A stretch of 63,139 nt of DNA, counting the filler, from Reticulomyxa filosa (lineage: Eukaryota; Protista; Foraminifera), in the NCBI GenBank assembly GCA_000512085.1. It is 15 parts of 15 records of this genome, joined end to end, with 100 filler letters (N's around TTAATTAATTAA, not from the genome) between each part and the next. Parts side by side here need not be neighbours in the genome. Positions count along the whole stretch, not along the records: positions 3,170 to 21,229 come from ASPP01011855.1; positions 21,330 to 22,973 come from ASPP01002933.1; positions 23,074 to 25,763 come from ASPP01002853.1; 12 more parts are not named here. One strand, written 5' to 3'. The notes under the pieces are model-generated. The model searched no databases. It saw only the letters and a program-made list of their open reading frames with translations, and was not told the origin of the DNA. Of the stretch, positions 10,751 to 23,875 are shown one piece after another (position 1 is the stretch's first letter; every line of letters starts with the position of its first letter). The position numbers and the translations under genes are program-made.

Positions 10751-13700
10751 TCAAGACTTTGTAAAAAAAGTTGACATTCTATGGGAAATGGTTTGTTTGT
10801 TTGAGGACGTAATCGTGTTACGTACCAACGGTGTAGTGCCCATGGGTTTTTTATATTGCGATACGCCTCTTCGTCTCTCCGCATTTGCCGGATTTATCAT
10901 GTTTAATATCTTTTTTTTTTTAAAAACAATATGAAAGTGATGAAAAAAAAAAGTAACAACAAAGATAAAGTATGTTAACTCCATCGGTCATTGATGATGC
11001 TTCTGTTTTTTCGTCGAGCACTTCAAGCAAGGGTTTCTTGACAGGAGTGTCTGGAACAGCTTCGACTTGTTTTTCTGCAGTTTTGTTTTTCATTTCTTGT
11101 TTTTCTCGCTCGTCTGCGGCTTGTAGGATCGTGGCGACGGCTGTCTTTCCTTTTCTTTTGTGCAAAATTCCACCGAGTTCGTCTTGATCGGATTTTTTCG
11201 ATTGCAACTTTGACTTTGTTTTCTTCTTTTTTCCAGGCTTGTTTTGGCCTTTTCGTTCTTTGTTTCTTTGTTTTTCTTCATCTTTCTCTTTTTGAGTGAC
11301 TGCCTCTTGTGCTTTCTATTTTTTACATATACAATATATACGTATACATATATATGTACATACACGCATATAAGTATACAATATCCTCCTCCCCTTATTT
11401 TTTAGACGATTTGCGCAAAAACAGAAGCAATGCAAAGTATGCATGTGATAGAACAAAAGAGAAAAAGATCCAAACTATAAACAATAGTCGAAATTCATTC
11501 AATAATTTGAAAAATTCCATTTGTATGTCATTGCCTTGATTCAAGAATTCACTGTATTTTATATGAATATTGAAACAACATAATACGCATACATATCAAT
11601 TAGATATATATCTACGTACATGTATATACATATCATACGTTGTATAACGCATTAAAAAAAATTGATCACACAACAAAACGTAACGCCAATTTGACACAAT
11701 CGCTTTTTACTTTTTCGTATCGACTTTTCAGTTGGTGATACTCTGTTTCGCTCGACTTTAAAAAGTGTGACATGACATCACTGAACAAATTTCGGCGGTC
11801 GGTTTGATCAACTTTGGAGTCGATTCGTTTTTTGATGGCGTGCAAATTGGAGCCAATTTTACCGACATCCACCGTCAATTGTGACACGTCCACACGTGAA
11901 GCCTCGCCCAAAATTTCAAAGTCGTCCACGAATTTGAGAGCGCTTTTATCGTTTTTGTTTAAAATAATGACCAAGTATTCCATCAAAGACATCGTGTTAT
12001 CGACTGTTTTTGCACCGGCCAACTATTTTATCATGACGTGAGTTACTCCAAAAAAAAATATTTCAAAAAAACAATGTCACAAAGCACATTATAATACGTA
12101 TTTTATTATACGCAATCAAAACTTGTTTGAGTGAAGACAGTTTGAATCCGTATGCTTGCCCCTTTTTTGTTCCACCATTCATATAATTGCCAGCTTCCAA
12201 AATATATCGTAACACTTCACGAAAAGCCTTGCTGTTTCTGTTAATTGTTATTATTATAACAATTTTTATAATTATAATTGTTATTGTTATTGTTATGTCC
12301 ATTATTAACAAAACTTGACATTGTCATGCGCTTTTCGCAAGAGCATGATAAGTTGGTTTTGGTGTTCGGTCAATTCGGGGAAACGCAGTTTGAATTCCCA
12401 CAATTGCAATCTCTCCGGGACGTTGGGAATTTTGGACAAAGCCAAGAAAAATTGCTCACTGTTTCCCAGTTGGGTGAAGTCCCCTTCGTAACCCGTGATC
12501 GTGTCCACCTCCTCTGGAGTTGGCACATAAGATATTAAGCGGGATATCTTGTCCACATTCAATGTGCTCTCGTCCATACTCAAAATGGCATCACAGATTC
12601 GCTGATGTGAAAGTTTAATTCGCGACAACCCAATGTCGACATTATACGCTCGTTTCGAATCTAACAAATGAACAGTCTGTGATATATACATGTATGTATA
12701 TACATAATAGGTATGTATCATATACATACATATATATTGTATATGTATATACGATACACAACATAGACATGTACGCACAAGCACATATATACATACACAT
12801 AATGTACATATACATATATAAATATCCTCTACTAAACATCATCCTTTTCTTTTTTGGCAATTCTATAGAGGAAGGTACATTGGGTTTAATATCCGGCGCT
12901 TGAAACAAATTTTCAAGTTCTTGCATGCTCACCGGATTGCGATAGCTGTCCAATTCTTCCCAAATGGTGCCTTTGACCTCTTTGGGATTGATTTTGGTCC
13001 AGTGCAATTGGCGCATCTTCACCGTGGGTGTAATGACTGGCTTGGGTTTCATGTCAGCAGGGATTTCCTCTATTGAATTTTTTCGTGCTGCTGCTGTTGC
13101 CGTCTTTTTATTATTATCGCCGTCTGCTTTTGGCTTTGTCAACTGTTGCAAAAACGACTTGCCATCTTTGGGCGATGTCGGTGTCGCTGTCGTCGCAGAT
13201 GCAGTCGACACACCACCCTGTTGGTACTGATTCAACAGCTGCGGATCCAATCCTTTGTCTCGCATCTTGTTTTCCACCGTCGCTCGAGGAACACCCACTT
13301 TGAGTTGTTTTAGGAAGGGGACCAGTTCCGGAGGGACCGGTTTGGCCTCCTTGTCGCTGGGCGGATTGCTATTGCTATTACTATTGCTATTGCTGTCACT
13401 ATTACTGCTACTGTTTGTATTGGCAGGGGCCGCACTTGCATTCTTCAAATAGTCATGAAGCAGTTGTGGGTCAAGTTTTTGTGCTTTCATTTTGTTTTCG
13501 ATCGAAGCCATTGACACCCCAATTTTCTTCATCTTCAAAAAGGGTTTCAATTCTGCAGGTTCCTCTACGGCTGTTGCACCAGCAGAGGTATTGTTACTAT
13601 TCGCATTACCGGCTTCACCCGACGCTAAAAGATAAAGACAAACATATTTGTATATGTGTATATGTATGTAAAACACACATGAACGACATAAAAAAAACTT

Positions 13701-14323
13701 GTAAATGTTTGAATACCTTTTTTCGAATCTTGAGTGATTTCTTTTTCGTCGCTTCCTTTTTGTCCTTGCACCGACTCAAGCTCTTTTTCCTCGGGCAGAG
13801 TATCGGACTTGCCTTTGTTTTTGCCGAAAATGGCACCGAGACTCTGGAGACCCATGGAAAAATTGGAGGTGGAGCGATTGTCGGCAGCGCTGTCTCTTCG
13901 CTTTTGAGAAATGAGTTGTTTGTTTTCGCCGATGAGTTCTTCGACGAGCAATTGATTTTTGCGAAGCAAGTTTTTGGAGTTGCTCAATTCGGCTTCGAGC
14001 AAGTCGATTTTACGTCGATACTTTTCGCTGTTGTTATCAATAAACGCCGCGTCTTCGTCGTAGCGTCCGAGCAGAATTTTCAGTTCTTCAAATGAAGGGA
14101 ATGTGATCGGATCGGATTCGAGCAAGCGAATTTGTTCTTCCAATTTCTCGTGATTAATACTTTTCATTTCTTCGTCTGCTGTTGGCGTCGCTGTCGCTGT
14201 TGCTGTCGCTGTTGCTGTCGCTGTTGCTATTGCTGTTGTTGTTGTTTCTGTTGATGTTGTTTCTGTTGATGTTGTTGGTGTTGTGACTTCTGTTGTTGTT
14301 GTTGTTGTTGTCGTTGTTGTTAT

Positions 14324-14358
<35 letters not shown>

Positions 14359-14966
14359 CTGCTGCTGCCTGTTTATGTTTCAGCTTCTCTTGCAACGTCT
14401 TTTTAATTTGATTCCTTCGCATCGGCGCAGTGGCGTAAGCGAGCACCTTTTCCAGTGTCGACCAAACGTGAGCACCATTGCTTGGGATTGTGGTGAGACA
14501 TTGCAGAATATGCGTAAACTCGGTAATGTACCCATCACTGACTGCATGCGAGTCCAGCCAACCGAACAGATCTTGCGGCGAACTCAAATCGACTTTGCCC
14601 AGTGTCGACTCGCGCATGTCAATGCTCTCCACACTTCGATACAACTCCAATTGCTCCTCCATCTTAGTGATCAAGGGATCTTCTTCCAACTCGTTTGGGG
14701 TATAGCGAATCGTCATGTCGTCGATGTGGTCTTCAATTCGACTTAGGATATCCTCGATCCCAAGTGCCTCCAGCTCCTTTCGATGGTTCACACGATCTTC
14801 CAATGGGAATGAGTTCAATATTGCATTCAGCAAACCAATCGAATACAATTGGAATTCAAATGATCCAGTGGATTCTCCTCCACCTCCACTTCCTCTTCGT
14901 CTATCCTCATCGTCATCACCATCGCCATTGCCATTGCCATTGTCATTGCCGTCATCATTGTCCATG

Positions 14967-15012
<46 letters not shown>

Positions 15013-16748
15013 TCTCTGATCCAAATCGATCCTGCGACATTGGTGGTGACATAGCCGTTTTGTCCTTTCGAGCCGTCGACGTGGGACTGATCTGCTTGGG
15101 CTTGCGCTTGGCCCGCTTCTCGTCTCCGGGATCGTTGGTGATCGAATTCCTTTGCGACGCCTTCGGACTGGCCACCATCGGAAGCAGAGGTTGAATGAAG
15201 GGTACCCAAATGCTGGACAAATGCTTTTCATTCGCATATTGATTCAACGACCCTATCACTTTGTCAAACCCTATTTCATCGTACCAACACACTGCAGACA
15301 GCAGTTTGATTATCAGCAGTCGCACCTCGATATCTTCGTTGTCCAACTTGTTATTTCATTTGTAAGTGTTATATACACATAAGTTGTATATATGTTATAT
15401 ATGTATACAACTTATGTGCATATACATATCAATGAACAAAGAGGTACAAAACACCATATCAATAATTGATTGCAACGCGTAATCATGTTTGACAATGACA
15501 TCCAAGCCGATTCTCTCATTGTTGTTGCGCTTGTCAATTATTGCTCGAAAGCAGCGCAAGAATTCCACTTCGTATTCCGTCACGCCTTTAAATTTTGGCA
15601 TCGATTGGATCAGTAGTGTTAGGCCCTTTGTACGTTTATTGTTAATATCTCTTTTTTTTTTTTTGGTGGAGTCATGTCCAATCGGTTAAACAAAAAAAAT
15701 ACATGTACACACTTGTTCGGTGATAAATTCCTGGAGCCATTTGACATCCTCATTGACAAGTCGATCCCCGACGTCGACCAGTATTTCCGTGGTGATGTTC
15801 TCAGGCACTCGCAGTTGCTTGATCCAATAGCCCACGCGGTGGACGTTGTCCGGACTTTGGGTTCTCGTCGCTGTCTCCACGGGCATCGACGAAGTCTCCA
15901 CCGACGCGTTCATTTTCTCCGACTGATTCACCACAATCTCCATCTTCTGTTGTGACGTCATCGTCTCGAGCATTTCTTGTCTTCGCTGTGGCGGAATTCC
16001 CAGCCCTCGCAACACCTCTGCACACGCTTTGTCCCTGTCATCAATAGACCAAACCACTTTGTCCCCAAATTTGTTTCCTCCAATCAGTTTTCACTTGAGT
16101 TTTGTGTTCATAAGATATATAAATAGATACACATATATGTTTATATATATATATGTATATTATATGTATATATTCATTTGCTTATTTAACAGTTCCTCGG
16201 GTCTAATGTCCCATTCTTCTACAACGTCCCTTTTTTTTTTTTTTGTTGATTGGCTTTCTTATCAAAAACATGTATTCAAACATACAATAAATAGGATGTA
16301 ATTAACATGTTCTCTGATTCCGAAACTAACAGAGATTCCCTTTACGTATATTGTCGTATGCAATCAGTAGTCGCGTTTTGATACCAAAAAAAAATAAGAG
16401 CGAGAGAGGAAAAAAAAAGAACACATGCGTGTACATCTACCTTTGACTTAATACGACTGCTTTCATACATTCTTTCAGATCCTCACTGTTTTCAAGTGAT
16501 AATCTATATATTTCCCCTCGATCTTTAATTATCAATACATACGGGTGCTTGGGCTCTTCTTCTGCTGATATTGTCACTCGACGCAATGGAATACTCTCTT
16601 TTGGTTTCGTGTGGTTTTTAAATTGAGACTCGTTGAGGTGGATGTACAAGTACCCGTTACTGACCACAGCGAAACGCAATTCATATCGACTAAAAAACCA
16701 AGTACTGGATTTTTTGTATTGACATACAAAACCGACCCAGTTCTCCAT
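10751..16748 (-). CDS. Formin (PH - GBD/FH3 - coiled coil - 2x CCDC53-like repeat - FH2 - DAD-like), multi-exon
   Basis: FH2 motifs KMRQLHWTKI, GTIWEEL, LLDSKRAYNVDIGLSRI, LEAGNYMNGGTKKGQAYGFKLSSL, KTVDNTMSLMEYL; armadillo-type DID exon 13625-15346; PH-like exon 16437-16748 (WFFSRYELRFAVVSNGYLYIH; its joining to the rest is inferred); tail MTDG|ILNMINPANAERRRG. Confidence 0.88.
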
Positions 16749-17131
16749 TTTTTAGTTTTTTATTACTATGCTTTTCTATTGCTACTTATTGCCTTAAAAA
16801 AAGTTCCTGTTAATTTTAACGTTCTTCCCCTTTCGTGCGACGGGTGTTGAATTTTTGCAGTCAAGCACTTACAATACATGCGCAAAAAAGATAACTCTCT
16901 CCTTCTAGAAGATGTATAAGTGGTCAAAATCATTCTTTTCTCATAGCTTTTTGCAAGTAGTTACAATAAGATAATTTGTATTCTTTTTTTCTCCTTTGAA
17001 AGAAAAAAGCTTTTGTAACGTTTGCAGAACAAATGAAACAATATAATTTGCAACAGAAAAAAATGATTCCAAACATATTCAAGAATTGTATCGCATAACC
17101 TTTTGAAAAAAAAGGGTATATGTGCATGTGA

Positions 17132-18191
17132 TCATTTGCTATGATAGAACTCTTCAAACCAAAAAACTAAGACAAGTATGTACACTGCAAACATAAATAA
17201 TTTGATGAAAGAGCGGGATCGTTTGAAAAAAAGACGTTTAAATGCGGTATCTTTCACATCGAGCCAGTCATCCGTCCATTGTGGCACAAACTCACGAACC
17301 GCAATCATGCTGGATGTCCATTCATCGATTCCAAACACAAATACGTATGCCAATAAATTGAGGATGATGTCAATAAACCCTTGAGCGTCACGTAGGGTAT
17401 TTCTGGTGCTGTAGATAAGAGAAAAGAAATAGGCCCATGAACCGATCACGCTAAATAATATTTCCCACAATTTAATGGCACCCGCCCAGCTCTGCCAACC
17501 TGTACTAATATATCAATATTTGTCATTTACGGTCCGTTGAAGTATATTACATGTATGCGTACATACAGTATACGTGTAGACATCATAATGTATAATACAC
17601 AAATTTACATTTTATGTGACGTGGTCATGACCTCCTTTTTTTCCAAAATAAAAAAATAAATAAATAAATAAAATACATTTTCAAATCATCACGATTTGGC
17701 AAGTTTATCAATTCTTTTAACGGCCTTCGAGCTTCATCATACACGAAAATAAAGCCAGCACCAAGCACTGCGGGCATTAAAAATGCCAACACTTCTAATG
17801 ATTTTTCTGAAATATCGCTCCCTCCAGATGAATTGTGTCGGCCTTTGTGAATCAATAGTCCGCATAACAGGCCTACACTACACAGCTGAGCAATCATTGC
17901 TATTATCATCCAAGCAACCACTCGAAACTGATCTATTGTACGCATACCTTGCCATCGCGCACTGTTGTAATATAATAATATAAATGTGTTGTAAATATTG
18001 GATTGTAATGTCAATACGATGCTTCCTTCTTGTTGTGTTTCTTCTTTTTTCACGGTTGCCTTTCCCTTCGACCCTTGCAGACGAGCTTTTAGCTGTTCTA
18101 ATTCCGTCTCTAACTGTGAAATACGATCTGGAGTAATGGATACAACCTTTTGAGATGCATTTATCTGTTGTTCAAGATGTGCTGTGGTCAT
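17132..18191 (-). CDS. Uncharacterised multi-pass membrane protein with N-terminal coiled coil, multi-exon
   Basis: ORFs 17625-18191 and 17132-17470 carry about 5 hydrophobic segments; motif DIILNLLAYVFVFGIDE. Confidence 0.65.
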
Positions 18192-18393
18192 TATTCGAAG
18201 GTTTGCTCAAGGGATTTCCCCTTGACGGTTTCCACAACGAGGGAATTACTTTTGTTATTTGTTATTGAAGTGAGACACAGCTTAGAATTCATTTCATTGA
18301 TATTTTTGACAAAATATTGCAGTATCGCATCAATGTTTTAAAAGTGGCGCTTAAATATTTTTTTGAGGGACTAAAAAAAATTGAGAAAAAAAA

Positions 18394-19050
18394 ATGGCCG
18401 AAACATTAGAACAAATACTTGAAAAATTGAATAACCTTCACACAGTTGAAGATGTATTCAAGCTGCTGTCTCAACAAGATTCGGGAAAATTGCGCACTCT
18501 CTTGGACTTTTTGTCACAACTTTGGCAAAAATCGTCGTCTATAGACAAGGCGACATTGGCACAAGTAATACTCCTGCTGCAACAATTGTACTCTAATTCT
18601 TCGCACAGATCCAAGAACGTAGACAAGAGTTCTTCAACCAACACTTCATTCTTTCAAAGATTTCTCACCGCTGAACTTATTATTATTGGCACGGTGTTCA
18701 TATTTGCTCCATCGTTGGTGTTAAAATATGTCGAGCCATATAGCCATTTTGGGGACGATGAATCCGCTCGTCGCTATTTGCGAATTGCTGGTACCGTGTG
18801 TGTGGTTTTGGGAGCTTACCATGCAAATGGGCAAAATAGTCAGCAATCCGTAAGTCGAGAAAGTGTATGGCGGCTGGTGCTCGCTCTCTTGTGTTTCTAT
18901 TTGATGAAAAAAGAATGGACCGATAGAGGTTTTAGTATTCACTCAATTGCTGAAACTATAACTTCGCTGTTTGACAGCAAGAAACCTGACGATATTTCTC
19001 CTAAATCTGTTATTCCTGACATCAGTCAAAAAAACGATTCCAAATTGTAA
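18394..19050 (+). CDS. Hypothetical membrane protein (about 3 TM segments), intronless, divergent from the previous gene
   Basis: 218-aa ATG ORF preceded by an A-run; hydrophobic stretches IIIGTVFIFAP, IAGTVCVVLG, LVLALLCFYL. Confidence 0.65.
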   Translation: MAETLEQILEKLNNLHTVEDVFKLLSQQDSGKLRTLLDFLSQLWQKSSSIDKATLAQVILLLQQLYSNSSHRSKNVDKSSSTNTSFFQRFLTAELIIIGTVFIFAPSLVLKYVEPYSHFGDDESARRYLRIAGTVCVVLGAYHANGQNSQQSVSRESVWRLVLALLCFYLMKKEWTDRGFSIHSIAETITSLFDSKKPDDISPKSVIPDISQKNDSKL

Positions 19051-19304
19051 ACAAAACAAAAAATTGTTATGATGTTATTCTTTTTCAAAAATTTTTCTTT
19101 TTAATTACGCTTATGCACGTCCAGCACATACGAGGCTCAAGTGATAAACCAAAAAACGGTTTTTATTTATTACGAGGACAACAATTTCAACACAAATTCC
19201 ATTTAAAATTAAAAAATTTTGATCCTTGAAAGCAATAAAAACAATTTAAGTTGCAATGAAAAAATACAATACTCAAAATAAATGAACATTTTGTAATAAT
19301 GTTT

Positions 19305-19364
19305 AAAAAAATTATGTTTAAATGTTTGTTTTTCATGAGAAAATCGATCATCTTTATAAGGTTG
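19305..19364. repeat. Orphan copy of the Tc1-family terminal inverted repeat
   Basis: aaaattatgtttaaatgtttgtttttcatgagaaaatcgatcatc...gttg resembles the reverse complement of 29776-29830 and also 51626-51681. Confidence 0.5.
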
Positions 19365-20683
19365 CATTTCAAATTTCAGTTTTTCTCCAACATGCTGTAA
19401 CATTTTAATGGAATAGATTTCTTTCGTTCGGGCAGCATACAAATACTTCTTGTGTGATAGTGGTTGTGTTGGTGATTATGGAAGTAGTAATGAAATATGT
19501 TATGATTATTTAATTTGAATGCTGTATATGTGAATAGATCAACTATATCCACATATGCTTCTTCATCAGTTTTTTCATGTTAGTAACAAGAATCGTTTGA
19601 TTTTTCGTGCGTTGGAGGTATATGGTATGAAAGTCAGTATTTTCCCTGATATATTTTTATCATTGTTGAATTTCGAGTCAATATATTCATATTTACCAAA
19701 TCTATTTGTTTCTTATCAAGATTAAGCAAATTTTATTCGTGATAATGGTACTTTGATATTAACTTGATAGTAGTAAAGTAATACTGCATACCAAAATGCA
19801 AACTTATTTTTTTTTATGAGCGTAAAACTACATATTATTTAATTAATATTTACTGCATGTATACGTACTATTTTTTTTAAAAGATAAACTTAATTTATTT
19901 GCTTTAGTTGTGGTTTATTTGTTCATATCTTATTATAAATTACAACTAACAAATGACAACATAAATAATGCAAATATTATATATCAAAGTACACATAAAT
20001 TAATAATGCATGTGATGCTGTCCTTAAATTCTGCTTTTAGTCTCATGATAGAGTATTAAATACATTTGCAATATCAACATTTGGCTTGAGCCATATCTGG
20101 TGATAACTCCTTAATCTAATGCATTCAATCTAAGTCACTATTACTTTCTCATTAATCTCATTTTCTCTCGAATACAAGAAATGACATCAGAATGAATGCA
20201 GCAATTAAAAAGACACAGTGGTCTCTTTGTTTATTTTTATGAATATACCTATTTACCAATTTACTATATAACTGATGGCTTTAACACTTTTTTAATTTAA
20301 GTCAAAATTGCTTATGTCTTACAATATGTGTATGATGTTGTAAGCAGTGCATATTACAGATAGTACATTTGTTGTGTTATTTTCTTCTGAAAAGATAATA
20401 AGAATTTAGACAAAACATAAAGTAATGCAGAACAACTTGCCAAAAAAAGTCAGTTTGATCACAAAATGGTCAAAAAATAATATTGCACTTTAAAAACGAA
20501 AAGACCAAAAAGGCAAAGTTCTTTTGGAACGAGCCCCCTCGCCGGAACAGGTTCGATTGATAATCTCACTCCAACTTTTTCCAAAAGTTTAACTTTCTTG
20601 AATATATCAATTTTATTTATTGATAAACATTTGTTGAACCGCCTCGCACTATTTTAAGTAAAACAAAACAAACAAACAGAAGA

Positions 20684-21122
20684 ATGAGCTTTTTTAGGAG
20701 AAGTATCCCACAACTTTTTCGGAACCAAATACGTAATGTGTCCTCAACAAGAACAACAAAACACGTGTTAAAAATAAGCGATCTATCGCAGAAAGAGTTG
20801 CGAGATGTATTGAAATTTGCGACAGTGATTAAAAAAAATCCAAAGGATTATGCAGCAAGTTTGAAGGACAAGACACTGTTGATGTTGTTTGAAAAGCCAT
20901 CACTGCGAACGAGAGTGTCATTTGAAACTGGAATGACCCAAATGGGAGGACATGGAATATTTTATTCAATTGCGGACAGTCCTTTGGGACAAAAAGAAAC
21001 CTTTGGAGACACTGGTCAAGTGTTAAGTCGATATTGCGACGTAGTAATGGCACGAGTAAAAAATAGAAGAGATGTGAGAGAATTGGCCAAACATAGTACT
21101 ATCCCTGTCATTAATGCTTTAG
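20684..21122 (+). CDS. OTC: Ornithine carbamoyltransferase, mitochondrial precursor, exon 1 (3' truncated)
   Basis: Arg/Ser-rich presequence MSFFRRSIPQLFRNQIRNVSS; FEKPSLRTRVSFE, KETFGDTGQVLSRY, IPVINAL followed by a GT donor. Confidence 0.9.
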
Positions 21123-21754
21123 GTTGGTCAAGCAAATATTTTTAAAAATTTTGTATACGTTTTTTTTTTTATAATGCACCTTTTTTTTTTTAAAAAAAAA
21201 ATTGTTTACAAATTTTTTTTTTTTTTTTTNNNNNNNNNNNNNNNNNNNNNNNNNNNNNNNNNNNNNNNNNNNNTTAATTAATTAANNNNNNNNNNNNNNN
21301 NNNNNNNNNNNNNNNNNNNNNNNNNNNNNTCAATTTTTGTTTTTAATTTTTTATTTTCAAAGCTTATAAATATATTGTTTTTTTTTTTGTCAGTTGCAAA
21401 TTTTTTAGTGAAAGAAAAAACGGTGAATGCTTTGAATTCGAAATGACATATTCACTCGCACAGCTTGCGATTACTTTTTAAGTTAGTAAAAAACTAGTTG
21501 CATAGCACTTAAAACGCTTTTTTTAGAATTTGTAATGAAAGAGGCAAAAATTGTATTAGAAGATCATTAAAATTCAAGATTCAGCTAAATATGTCACATT
21601 TTTTTTTTTGTTTGCATCACCGAAAGATTGTAATGACACAGCAATATGTAACAAAAATGCATTCAATGATAATATGCAATAAAATAATGTAATGCAATTT
21701 AATTCAATTCCAAAATAACAAACAAACAAAAAATCAACACAAAAGCGGAATGGA

Positions 21755-22434
21755 TTAAGTAGGTTTAAAATTTCTCTTTTTTCGAAGCGAAGTAGTTTTT
21801 TGGATCGAATGTTTAATTTTTTGATGTAACCTATTGGAAGTGGCTGAGGGTGGATGATGAGAAGACTGCGACGAAGGTTGCGAAGATGTCTTTTTGGATC
21901 GGGGTTGATCTCGATCACGATGTCCCATATTTTCGCCTATGGTCTTTGTCCACATGCCTTGGCCAAATTTGGTGATCTCAGTGCTTTTCAGCATATTTTT
22001 CTGCCGCATCACACGTGCTTTTTTAATGGCAAAAACATCCTTAATATTATTCAATTGATAGTATTCCTTGTGTTTCTTTTTGTCATAAATATTGGGAACA
22101 GGTTGATCATTATACGTATCGGCCAGCTCTTTGCTGTTAAGCAAGTCGATACTGCGATGCTTTTTCCGCAGAAATTTGGACGGATAATGGATCGTTTTGA
22201 ATCCGTCTTCCCCTTTCGTTTGAATCCAGCCACGCATGCGATGCGGTGTGTTTTCTTTGTACTGTTTGCGTCGCAGCGCCGTCAGCCGATCAAACTCAAA
22301 CATGAATTTGTCCACCTGTTGTTCCATTTCGGCCAAGTTCTTTGGACGCGAGTGTTCATATTCGGACAATATTTCTATTAAAAAAAAAAAAAAAAAAGTT
22401 CACAGTTATATATGTACGTATATGTTATATAAGT

Positions 22435-22466
<32 letters not shown>

Positions 22467-22973
22467 CAAACTGTCTTTTCCCAATGAAATGGACCCCTGA
22501 TAAAAGGGCTGCACAATAGTGGACGAGTCAAAGTGCATCGCAGATTGAACTGACTTGGATGATGTGAAAGTGACGACAGCGAAGCGATCCAAGATGGACA
22601 GAGCAGTGGAAACATGATCGGTATGTTGCAGATTGGAAGACACGACGTCGCTATTGGAGATATCGTGTAAAAAAGAAGGCGTCTTTTTTTTGACATAGCG
22701 AGCCCTCTTTTGCAGTCGCACGACCTTCCTCGTCGGATCTGTGATTTGGCATCTGTTGATCTCGCCGAAACAACTAAACACGTTGCGCACGTCTTGGTCG
22801 CTCCACGACAATGGCATGTTCCATATGCGAAGACTTTTGCAGTTGTTTAGCACTACGTACGCTCGCTTCAATTGGCTTGTCTTGCTTTGCTGCTGCTGTG
22901 CTTTCAAGCTCTCCAATCGCTTCAGTTGGTTGTCTGTTAACTGTCGACTGTACCATACCTCGCGTGCCTCTGT
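21755..22973 (-). CDS. RRP7-like ribosome biogenesis protein (RRM + RRP7 C-terminal domain), 5' partial
   Basis: RRM (LRIWNMP...VFSCFGEI...FAVVTF), then EMEQQVDKFMFEFD and GEDGFKTI resembling the RRP7 VDxFMxxYD / DEDGW signature. Confidence 0.65.
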
Positions 22974-23769
22974 NNNNNNNNNNNNNNNNNNNNNNNNNNN
23001 NNNNNNNNNNNNNNNNNTTAATTAATTAANNNNNNNNNNNNNNNNNNNNNNNNNNNNNNNNNNNNNNNNNNNNTTTTTTCTTTGTCTTTTCAAACACCAA
23101 AAGTTTGGAGTTGAGAAAAAACATCACTTCAAAAAAAAAGACTTCAAAGATTGTTCGTTGTTGGAATTGAATTTTGGTGTAACTGCTGTCATTTTGGATG
23201 TTGTCGTTTTGGATGCGTACCGTATCATTGATTGCAGATGGATTGATGATTGTTATTATGGTGGGTTCCCGTATTCTCGTCGATGGAGTCAAGTCAGCCG
23301 TCACATTTGCGATGTATTATCGCAATATATGCGTGCGATGGAGGCGCAACGGTGTTTGCAGGCAAACCAAGGCCACATTAAAGGTTTGCGTTGATTGCAT
23401 CACCGAGAATATACCTTGCAGGACTGATGTGGCAATGTCCATCTGTGGATGGACATGAGATCAGGTTTCCCCCCTTGGTGTTACCGGCAGTGCGCCGTGC
23501 TAACAGAGGGATGAAGAGAGACCACATTCAAATATCAAAGGCGCATATTGAGCTGACGACGGCCGTTATGCGACATTTATCCGCATATCAAGTTATTTAT
23601 ATTTGAATAATATTTATCTTCATTTATACTAGATCGTTTGTTTGTTTTTTTTCTGTAAATAGATTGGCATTGGGATCATTGGTTGAGATCAATGGTATCG
23701 ATTATTGGTATTCCTAATGATTATAAATGTTTTTTTGTTGTCCCTATTTCTTGTTGTTTCTAATGTGTT

Positions 23770-23875
23770 TTTTCCCCTTTTGCTCATTATTTCCCTTTTG
23801 CTCATTATTTCCCTTTTGCTCGTTGTTTCCCTTTTGCTCGTTGTTTCCCTTTCGCTCATTGTTTCACTTTTGTAC
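23770..23875. repeat. 18-bp tandem minisatellite, about 5-6 units
   Basis: Unit tttcccttttgctc(a/g)tt(a/g). Confidence 0.85.

Noticed and set aside
14695-15237. Overlapping ORFs rich in His, Ser or Met
   Set aside because: Alternative-frame shadows of the (GAT)n Asp tract in the formin
20530-20560. GGTTCGA T-loop/B-box-like motifs (also near 62110) suggesting tRNA genes
   Set aside because: No cloverleaf stems can be formed around them
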